DNA of 64,000 nucleotides from Minisyncoccota bacterium (GTDB lineage Bacteria; Patescibacteriota; Microgenomatia; UBA1400; PJMF01): NCBI GenBank assembly GCA_009991965.1, contig JAACWQ010000002.1, positions 81,617 to 145,616 of the forward strand, read 5' to 3'. Shown piece by piece: positions 56,863 to 64,000 of this stretch (position 1 is its first letter; each line of letters starts with the position of its first letter). The notes under the pieces were generated by a model. It saw only the letters and a program-made list of their open reading frames with translations, ran no database searches and was not told where the DNA came from. The position numbers and the translations under genes were made by a program.

Positions 56863-57621
56863 ATGACTATTTTTCAAAGCCTGATCCTTGGCAGTGTTCA
56901 AGGTCTGACGGAGTTTTTGCCTGTTTCTAGCTCTGGTCATCTTATTCTGTTTGAGTCGTGGTTTGGGATTGTCCAAAGTGGGATTATTTTTGAGGTTATT
57001 TTGCATGCTGCAACGCTCGGAGCTGTTTTTGTATTCTTTTTCCCAGCCTTGAAAAGATTGACGGTATCAAAAATTGGTTTGTTACTTCTTGCTACGATTC
57101 CAGCTGCTGTTGTTGGGGTGCTATTTAAATCCCAGATTGAGTCAATGTTTGATTCGGTGACATTGGTTGCCTGCGCATTGTTGGTAACTGCAGGCATCAA
57201 CCTTGGTATTAGCTACTATTTGAAACGAGAGCAAGATCGCAAGCTGACCTGGAAAAGTGCGATATTTATCGGAGTAGTGCAGGCGTTCGCAATTACTCCA
57301 GGCATTTCTCGTTCGGGGAGTACTATTTTTGCTGGCCTGAAGTCTGGTTTGGCTCGCAAAGCGGCATTTGAGTTTTCGTTCTTGCTCTCAATACCCGCTA
57401 TAGGTGGCGCGATGCTATTGCAGGCGCTAGATGTTGTCCAAGCAGGCGCGGTTTTGCCACCACTTACGCCGATGATCACGGGATTTGTTGCTGCGTTTTT
57501 GACAGGATTGGCGAGTTTGCTATTGCTCAAGAAGTTACTGGTTACCAACCACTTCTCGCTTTTCAGCTGGTACACTGCGGGTCTAGCAATAGTTGTGCTA
57601 GCGATTGAGTTTATCTATTAA
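56863..57621 (+). CDS. uppP: undecaprenyl-diphosphate phosphatase
   Basis: MTIFQSLILGSVQGLTEFLPVSSSGHL and QAFAITPGISRSGSTI are UppP/BacA signatures. Confidence 0.85.
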   Translation: MTIFQSLILGSVQGLTEFLPVSSSGHLILFESWFGIVQSGIIFEVILHAATLGAVFVFFFPALKRLTVSKIGLLLLATIPAAVVGVLFKSQIESMFDSVTLVACALLVTAGINLGISYYLKREQDRKLTWKSAIFIGVVQAFAITPGISRSGSTIFAGLKSGLARKAAFEFSFLLSIPAIGGAMLLQALDVVQAGAVLPPLTPMITGFVAAFLTGLASLLLLKKLLVTNHFSLFSWYTAGLAIVVLAIEFIY

Positions 57622-58178
57622 TTTCTTCCAAGATGTAACACGACGAGGCAGGTTTTGCCGGCGTAGGCTTCATAAAAGTCACATTCGACTGCAATCCCCA
57701 TGTGTTCATAGGTCGGTTCGAGTAGTTGCTCATTGTGCGCCTGGCTTTCTTGCCACCTGGTGAAGGTTTGCCAAGTTGTTGCCACACCAAAAGCGAGATT
57801 TTCGCCCGCTGTGCTGTATTGATAGCCTGCCTGGGTAAAAAACCTCCAAGGCGGATAGTTATCTGTATCGCCATGTCGCCAGTATTTTTTTTCAAGCATG
57901 TCATTGAGTTTGAGTCGTGCGCTCTGTTCGAGCGCGGTGTGGGCGGTAAGCGGTGAAAGATTTTGTTCGCGTCGATACCCATTAATGAGACCGTAGAGTT
58001 TCTCAGCATCTGGGATTGAGTCATTGGGTTTTTTTGTCGTAGTGGTAGCGCCCAAAACTGGTTGTGATTCGTCTAGTTGCTTATCAATTTCGGCAGGCTG
58101 CATTTTGAGAAACCAGAGACTTGCTGTAAGAACGGCAATTGCGATACTGAGCAAAATTCCAACGACAATTCTCGACAT
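57618..58178 (-). CDS. CAP/SCP-domain secreted protein (YkwD-like)
   Basis: N-terminal TM or signal. CAP motifs GENLAFG and HMGIAVEC. Confidence 0.6.
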   Translation of the reverse strand: MSRIVVGILLSIAIAVLTASLWFLKMQPAEIDKQLDESQPVLGATTTTKKPNDSIPDAEKLYGLINGYRREQNLSPLTAHTALEQSARLKLNDMLEKKYWRHGDTDNYPPWRFFTQAGYQYSTAGENLAFGVATTWQTFTRWQESQAHNEQLLEPTYEHMGIAVECDFYEAYAGKTCLVVLHLGRN

Positions 58179-58196
58179 TATTTGAGTGTAGCACGC

Positions 58197-59708
58197 TCAG
58201 TGCGACCGTTCTGGTCTGTACTGGAGTGCCTCGGTAATGTGGGCTGTAGTGATGATCGGTTTGTTTGCGAGATCAGCAATGGTTTGTGCTACTTTTATAA
58301 CTTTGAAATGACCGCGAGCAGATAATCCGAGTTTCTCGCCTGCCGAAATAAGCACTTCTTTTGCCGCAGCTTCAATCTTGCAGAGTTTCTTCGTCTGGGT
58401 ACCATCGAGATCCCCGTTGGTCTGAAAATTGCTCTGAGCGAGTCTCGCTCGCTGGCGCTCGCGAGCTACCACTACTCTCTTGCGTATGCTGCTCGATGTT
58501 TCATTTGCTTGAGTCGTCAGAGCGAGTTGTCGATGACTAACGGAACCGACGCGGACGTGCAAATCTATTCTGTCGAGCAATGGCCCCGATAATTTGTTGT
58601 GATAGCGTTGACGCTCTCGCAAAGTGCAGCGACATGGCTTGTCGCTGCCCCAGTAGCCGCATTGGCAGGGATTAGAGGCTGCAATGAGCATGCAGTTTGC
58701 TGGATATTGTGTAGTGCCGGTAGAGCGTGTAATAGTGACAGTTTTTGTCTCGAGTGGTTGGCGTAGCGCCTCCAGCGCAGAGCGAGAAAACTCCGGGAAT
58801 TCGTCGAGAAACAACACGCCTTCGTGGGCCAGGGAAATTTCTCCGGGAAGAAGCTGTGAGCTACCACCGGTCAACCCAACTGCGGTAGTGGTGTGATGCG
58901 GTGCGCGAAATGGTCGAGTGGTAAGCACGCCCGCTTGTGTAGTCAGTCCAGCCACCGAGTGAATCATTGTGACAGAGATAATTTCAGAAATAGACAGTGG
59001 CGGCAAAATACTCACCGCGGCTTGTGCGAGCATGCTTTTGCCCGCTCCAGGTGGTCCAACCAGATGAATATTGTGATTGCCAGCCACTGCAATCTCGAGT
59101 GCACGTTTGGCAGCAATTTGACCAATGATGGCAGCAAAGTCTGCCTCCCCTCTTGATTCTGAGATCTGCAGTGGCTGCGGTTGGTGGGGTGTGAGTTGTT
59201 CTATTTTGCCGCCAACTGCAAGCAGCTCACGCAAATTTCGGAGTGGTCGGAGTGTGATTGAAGTGAGAAATCCAACCTCTGGCAAATTTGCTTCTGGCAG
59301 CAAGACTTCGGTCAAGCCAAATTCTTGGGCTGCGAGAACCAGCGGGAGGCAGCCGCGAACTGGCTTGAGTTCTCCATCGAGCGAGAGTTCGCCAATTAAC
59401 AAACAGTTGTTTGGCAACGGTGCTATTTCACCGTATAACTGCAAGAGTCCAGCAGCGATGGCGAGTTCGAGCGTGCTACCAGTTTTTTGCAAATCTGCTG
59501 GTGCAAGGTTGACAATTGTCCGTCTGGCCTTGATACGCACGCCACAATTGAGCAGCGCTGCAGTGATGCGTTCTTTGGCCTCATCAACTGCTTTGCTGGC
59601 CAAACCAATGACGATAAATTGCGGAGTGCCCTGAATTGCATCGACCTCAACTTCAATAAGCTGCGGTTTGAGACCAGTCAGGGTTGCGCTGAGAACACGA
59701 GTAAGCAC
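58197..59708 (-). CDS. Mg-chelatase-like AAA+ ATPase (YifB/ComM family)
   Basis: N-terminal Lon-like domain. Walker A GPPGAGKSMLA. Walker B VLFLDEFPEF. C-terminal Zn-ribbon-like CQCGYWGSDKPCRC. Confidence 0.85.
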   Translation of the reverse strand: MLTRVLSATLTGLKPQLIEVEVDAIQGTPQFIVIGLASKAVDEAKERITAALLNCGVRIKARRTIVNLAPADLQKTGSTLELAIAAGLLQLYGEIAPLPNNCLLIGELSLDGELKPVRGCLPLVLAAQEFGLTEVLLPEANLPEVGFLTSITLRPLRNLRELLAVGGKIEQLTPHQPQPLQISESRGEADFAAIIGQIAAKRALEIAVAGNHNIHLVGPPGAGKSMLAQAAVSILPPLSISEIISVTMIHSVAGLTTQAGVLTTRPFRAPHHTTTAVGLTGGSSQLLPGEISLAHEGVLFLDEFPEFSRSALEALRQPLETKTVTITRSTGTTQYPANCMLIAASNPCQCGYWGSDKPCRCTLRERQRYHNKLSGPLLDRIDLHVRVGSVSHRQLALTTQANETSSSIRKRVVVARERQRARLAQSNFQTNGDLDGTQTKKLCKIEAAAKEVLISAGEKLGLSARGHFKVIKVAQTIADLANKPIITTAHITEALQYRPERSH

Positions 59709-59748
59709 TCATGGAGTTTGCGCGCTGATGATTGCACCAACTGTAGGA

Positions 59749-60798
59749 CTAAACGCGAGCGACTTGTTCGATTAATCGATTGCAGTAGCCGAACTCGTTG
59801 TCGTACCACGAGATAATCTTGACAAGATTACCGCCAATCACATTGGTAAGCGCGAGGTCAACGATCGATGATTCTCTGCGACCTTTGATATCGGACGAAA
59901 CGAGTGGCTCATTGGTGACCGCCAAGATGCCTTTCCAGCGATCTTCTTGGGAAGCAGCAGTCAAAATCTCATTGACCTCCTCTTTGGTGGTGTCTCGTTT
60001 GGTGATGAAGACCATGTCGGAAATAGACCCAGTCGCAGTCGGTACTCGAAATGCGACTCCATCAAACAAGCCTTTGAGCTCTGGGATGACTTCGGTTGTT
60101 GCTATTGCCGCACCGGTCGAAGTCGGGACAATGTTCTGCGCTGCACTCCGTGCCCGACGCATGTCCTTGTGGGAGTTGTCCTGCAAATTTTGGTCATCAG
60201 TGTATGAGTGAATAGTGGTGAGACTTGCCTTCTCTACTCCGAGCGTACTAGTGATGACTTGAGCTACTGGTGCGACACAATTGGTTGTGCAGGAAGCATT
60301 TGACTCGATTGTTGCGGCTGGATCGTAGGTATTTACCCCAATGACTGAGGTGTCTACTCCTTCACCTTTGCCTGGTGCTGAGATTAAAACTTCTTTTGCC
60401 CCACCCTGAAAATGTAGTGCGGCTTTTTCGTTGGTGATAAAAACACCCGTGGACTCGATTACGACCTCGACGCCATTTGCTCCCCATGGAATTTTGGCAG
60501 GATCCCGCTGTGCGGTGATAACAACTGTTCGATCGCCAATCGCGAGTGTACCAAGTACCGAGTTTTCATCGGTAACATCTTTTTTAGATTGCGCGCGTGT
60601 CACCGTTATTGGCTCGGTAAACGGGCCGTAATTGGTATCGTACTTGAGTAAGTGTGCCCAGTCTTCAATTTCCATAGAGCCAGATGTGTTGATGACTTTG
60701 AGATCAAGTTCGTCGCGATGATGTAGCCACCAGACGCGAAATGAAGTGCGGCCGATTCGACCGAAACCATTAATACCAAAGGGACGCATTTCTGCCAT
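59749..60798 (-). CDS. gap: glyceraldehyde-3-phosphate dehydrogenase
   Basis: GINGFGRIGR NAD-binding site. Active-site ASCTTNC. Confidence 0.9.
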   Translation of the reverse strand: MAEMRPFGINGFGRIGRTSFRVWWLHHRDELDLKVINTSGSMEIEDWAHLLKYDTNYGPFTEPITVTRAQSKKDVTDENSVLGTLAIGDRTVVITAQRDPAKIPWGANGVEVVIESTGVFITNEKAALHFQGGAKEVLISAPGKGEGVDTSVIGVNTYDPAATIESNASCTTNCVAPVAQVITSTLGVEKASLTTIHSYTDDQNLQDNSHKDMRRARSAAQNIVPTSTGAAIATTEVIPELKGLFDGVAFRVPTATGSISDMVFITKRDTTKEEVNEILTAASQEDRWKGILAVTNEPLVSSDIKGRRESSIVDLALTNVIGGNLVKIISWYDNEFGYCNRLIEQVARV

Positions 60799-60806
60799 AG
60801 ATTCCT

Positions 60807-61550
60807 TTATTCTGCGAATACCGTTTCAACATCGTTACTGACATAGGTACCAATATTTTCGCCGTCAACTGCTTTTTGCAAATTATTTTCTTTGAAGAGC
60901 TCAAACACCATGACTGGCATATTATTTTCCTTGGCCATTGCCAGAGCTGCGGTGTCCATCACGTCGATGTCTTTGTTCTGAATGGCGTCGTTGAAAGTCA
61001 GTGTTTTGTAGCGCCTTGCGTTGGGAAATTTTTGCGGGTCTTGGTCGTAAATGCCATCTACCTTGGTTGCTTTCATGAGGACATCACACTTGAGTTCGAG
61101 TGCATGGAGTGAGGCGCCAGTGTCAGTGGTGACATATGGTACGCCCGTACCTGCAGCGAGGAGAATGACGCGACCTTTTTCCATGTGACGTATGGCTTTG
61201 CGGCGAATGAAGCTTTCAGCCACTGCCGGCATTTGCAAGGCAGACTGTACGCGACTTGGTACGCCAGCTTTTTCGAGTGCATCTTGGAGCGCCAGCGCGT
61301 TCATGACTGTTGCGAGCATGCCCATATAATCGGCAGTTGCGCGCTCGATACCATTTTTGGAACCAGCTACTCCGCGAAAAATATTACCGCCCCCCATGAC
61401 GAGAGCGACTTGCACATGCTTGATATACACTTGCTTGATTTGCTCTGCGACCATGGCAGCTGCCTGCGGATCAATCCCATACTCTCGATCTCCCATCAGG
61501 GATTCGCCCCCAACTTTGAGCATGATACGTTGAAACCGAGTTGCAGACAT
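60807..61550 (-). CDS. pyrH: UMP kinase
   Basis: LKVGGESL. GGGNIFRG. DGIYDQDP. Confidence 0.9.
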   Translation of the reverse strand: MSATRFQRIMLKVGGESLMGDREYGIDPQAAAMVAEQIKQVYIKHVQVALVMGGGNIFRGVAGSKNGIERATADYMGMLATVMNALALQDALEKAGVPSRVQSALQMPAVAESFIRRKAIRHMEKGRVILLAAGTGVPYVTTDTGASLHALELKCDVLMKATKVDGIYDQDPQKFPNARRYKTLTFNDAIQNKDIDVMDTAALAMAKENNMPVMVFELFKENNLQKAVDGENIGTYVSNDVETVFAE

Positions 61551-61566
61551 AGTGTCCTTTTTTGTA

Positions 61567-62598
61567 TTACCTTGCTATTTTTGCCTTGAGACGAAGTATC
61601 TTCCAGCGAATTGTGTCACCAATCTGATATATTTTATACCACAACGGATCGACGATGAGGTCGTAGGTTCCCACAAACTCCATGAGAGTTCCACCATAAC
61701 CCTTTTTAAATCGGTGAAAACCAAACCAAGGATGTTTAGGATCTGGCTCTGGTCCGAGCGAACCCCAGAGGTCAAAGGTGTTGCAATCAATCAGTTTTCC
61801 AAAATGAATCATTTCCCAGAGTAGCAGATTGCTAGCCATGACATCTCGATGTAAGTCGCGCGACGCGCCGTAAGGATAGTACAAGACATTGTTGAAGACA
61901 AACATAATCCAAGAAGCCAACGTTTTGCCTTCGTATTTTGCTTCAAAAATCCGCATCATGCCGGAGCCGTGCAATTCTTGCCACATTGTACGAAAGTACT
62001 CTGGCGAGTGGGCATAAAATCCCTGCCGCTTGGTGGTTTCGGTTAAGATGGCAAGGTGTTCTTCGAGGCCTGCCTCGGTAGTATTTTCCTCTATTGTTAC
62101 GCCTTTTTTTGCAGCCAGGGTGACGTTGTAGCGAGTTTTAGACTGCAGATTATTAAATAACTCTTCTTCAGTTTTGGTCAGATCAATTTGAAAAGTGTAT
62201 TTGGTAAAGAGTGGTTTGCCAGGTACAGCTCCGTGGTCTTCGAGAAATTTGATGATGGTTTTGTGCGCGCTTTTTGCTTCGACTGGTTGGGCGATATTAG
62301 GTTCGAGCTTGATAGCAACCGCACCATGGTCTTTGGCCAATTGTCTCAACGTACTAAGTTGTTCTTCGTCTGGTAAGTAGCCTTTGGGAAGATAGCCCAT
62401 GGCTCTATTAATGACAGGAATCTGATGAAAGGTAACTTGAAAGGCGCGAACCAATTTACCACCCTCAAACAAACCGACGCGCTCAATCTTGATGCCCGTT
62501 TTTTTGCGAAACTCTCCCCACTCCCAGGATTGCAGTGGATGAGTCACAACAGAATTGTAGAGCGAACGCTCTTCTTCGCGGAGTTTGCGCAAAAGCAT
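61567..62598 (-). CDS. FemAB-family peptidoglycan interpeptide-bridge aminoacyltransferase
   Basis: YYPYGASRDLHRDVMASNLLLWEMIHFGKLIDCNTFDLWG resembles the FemAB core (Y.YGgS...L.W..I......G...yDfgG). Confidence 0.7.
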   Translation of the reverse strand: MLLRKLREEERSLYNSVVTHPLQSWEWGEFRKKTGIKIERVGLFEGGKLVRAFQVTFHQIPVINRAMGYLPKGYLPDEEQLSTLRQLAKDHGAVAIKLEPNIAQPVEAKSAHKTIIKFLEDHGAVPGKPLFTKYTFQIDLTKTEEELFNNLQSKTRYNVTLAAKKGVTIEENTTEAGLEEHLAILTETTKRQGFYAHSPEYFRTMWQELHGSGMMRIFEAKYEGKTLASWIMFVFNNVLYYPYGASRDLHRDVMASNLLLWEMIHFGKLIDCNTFDLWGSLGPEPDPKHPWFGFHRFKKGYGGTLMEFVGTYDLIVDPLWYKIYQIGDTIRWKILRLKAKIAR

Positions 62599-62620
62599 AT
62601 GGGATCATTATAGCCCAGGC

Positions 62621-64000
62621 TTAGCTATCAATAAAAGCATCAATACTTATTTTTCCTGAAAGCATATCCTCAATCATATCCTCATCTACCACCAATGTAC
62701 GTTGGTCTGCCAGCGGGAAGGTTCTCGTAGTTTGATATGAATCTCTGCGCTCGTCATCGATTTTCTCGAGCAAATCTTGCGCGATATCAGCCAAAAAACG
62801 ACTGGGGATGCGAGAGCTGCGCACACCGTATTGGTAACGACTACGCGCACACGAGAGAAATAATCGCTCTTTTGCTCTGGTCATACCGACGTAACAAAGC
62901 CTGCGTTCTTCCTCTAGTTCTTCGGGGTTAAAGATAGAGCGCGAGTGCGGCAAAAGTTCTTCTTCGAGCCCAGCCAGAAAAACGACGGCGAACTCGAGCC
63001 CTTTGGCGGCATGCAGACTCATGAGGCTGACAGAATTAGATTGCCCTTCGATATCTCTATCCGCAAATTGTTTGTCTTGTACCAAGGCAATATTTTCCAA
63101 GAATTGAGTGACCGTTTCAAACTGGCTGGCGACGGCGACCAGCTCTTCGACATTTTCGAGACGAGCACTGTCTTCTTCAACCTCTGGTTTGTATTTGCCG
63201 AGGTAGGTTGTCACTTTGAGAATTTGTTGTAAAAATTCTTGTGGCACTTCTTTGCTGAGTTTTTCGAGCTTGCTGCGAGCTGCTTCGAGACTAGCAAGGC
63301 GTCGTTTGCCCAGTTTTTCTGCTCTCGCTTGGCTTACTTCATCCAGCGGGTTCACAATAATTCGCGCATAGGCCAACAAGTCTTTGATTTCTTTCCGTTC
63401 ATAAAATTTTACCCCACCGACGAGTCGATACGAAATGCCAGCACGCAGCAAGGCTTCTTCAAATAAGCGAGATTGCGCGTTGGTTCGATACAAAATCGCA
63501 AGTTCGCTGGCTGGGTAACGACGTAATTGTTCGCTCAGGGCTTGGACGACATACGCCGCTTCGCTCTCCCCTGTTTGCGCCGAGTATGAAACAATTTTGT
63601 CGGCGCTTGTTTTTTCGCTCCATAGGGCCAAGATTGGGTGTTGGGTATTTTTCGCGATCACGGCCGTGGCCGCGTCCAAGATGCTTTGGGGCGAACGGTA
63701 GTTTTGCTCCAGACGATACTCTTTGAGGTCTGGATAATCAGTTTTAAGTGCCAGCATATTGCGATAATCTGCGCCACGCCAGGAGTAAATGCTCTGTGAG
63801 AAGTCGCCAACCACAAATAAATTATTCTGCGGCGCGGCGAGAAACTTAGTCAGGACGTACTGGGCGGTGTTAGTGTCTTGGTACTCATCGATCAGAACAT
63901 GCGAAATTTGTTGTTGCCAGCGTTCTCTGGTTGGTTGGTCTTTTTGAAAGAGTTCTACTGCCCGCATCAGTAAGTCATCGAAATCTAGTGCCTGGGCCGC
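62621..64000 (-). CDS. UvrD/PcrA/Rep-family DNA helicase (3' portion; gene continues beyond window end)
   Basis: Helicase motifs IV-VI (LEQNYRSP, HAAKGLEF, VGMTRAKERL). The ORF is open to coordinate 64000, so the N-terminus lies outside the window. Confidence 0.8.
   Translation of the reverse strand, partial: AAQALDFDDLLMRAVELFQKDQPTRERWQQQISHVLIDEYQDTNTAQYVLTKFLAAPQNNLFVVGDFSQSIYSWRGADYRNMLALKTDYPDLKEYRLEQNYRSPQSILDAATAVIAKNTQHPILALWSEKTSADKIVSYSAQTGESEAAYVVQALSEQLRRYPASELAILYRTNAQSRLFEEALLRAGISYRLVGGVKFYERKEIKDLLAYARIIVNPLDEVSQARAEKLGKRRLASLEAARSKLEKLSKEVPQEFLQQILKVTTYLGKYKPEVEEDSARLENVEELVAVASQFETVTQFLENIALVQDKQFADRDIEGQSNSVSLMSLHAAKGLEFAVVFLAGLEEELLPHSRSIFNPEELEEERRLCYVGMTRAKERLFLSCARSRYQYGVRSSRIPSRFLADIAQDLLEKIDDERRDSYQTTRTFPLADQRTLVVDEDMIEDMLSGKISIDAFIDS

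Overview
This window is a gene-dense, mostly housekeeping segment of a small bacterial genome. TGA is used as a stop codon, so genetic code 11 applies. Short spacers, many 4-nt ATGA/GTGA gene overlaps and shortened core proteins suggest a Patescibacteria (CPR) genome, probably Saccharibacteria-like, but this lineage call is inference. Cell-envelope features look Gram-positive: an LPXTG sorting signal, FemAB, an LCP-like protein, PBP1A and a type IV pilus assembly cluster.

Housekeeping genes identified by protein motifs are glyA, folD, nfo, purB, purA, rpsB, tsf, tgt, yebC, rpsP, a KH-domain protein, rnc, acpP, nusB, recG, tyrS, pheST, rplT, rpmI, infC, tig, miaB, miaA, uppP, gap, pyrH and a partial uvrD/pcrA. 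RNA genes found by hand are tRNA-Val(GAC), tRNA-Cys(GCA) and a compact RNase P RNA. No CRISPR array and no rRNA were seen.

Accessory or unusual content, in order along the window:
1. A candidate cobalamin riboswitch precedes a small putative B12-uptake operon that includes a DUF4430 protein.
2. A VapBC toxin-antitoxin pair.
3. A ~3.5 kb islet with a 1 kb AT-rich non-coding stretch, a XerC/D-type tyrosine recombinase and a convergent pair of paralogous proteins, each fusing a DNPH1/nucleoside 2-deoxyribosyltransferase-like domain to a C-terminal ribbon-helix-helix (RHH) domain.
4. A pilX-pilM-pilN-pilO cluster.
5. Four surface-protein genes that together look like a cohesin/dockerin assembly with an LPXTG anchor.
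6. A ~7 kb block immediately downstream of tRNA-Cys: a polytopic membrane protein, a ferric-reductase-like haem membrane protein and a cytoplasmic protein with a diphtheria-toxin/PARP-like (H-Y-E) ADP-ribosyltransferase motif set in overlapping reading frames, then an ACT-like protein, a GNAT-like/HDAC-family pair and another unknown protein.

All assignments come from reading the translations and the DNA by eye. No database searches were run.
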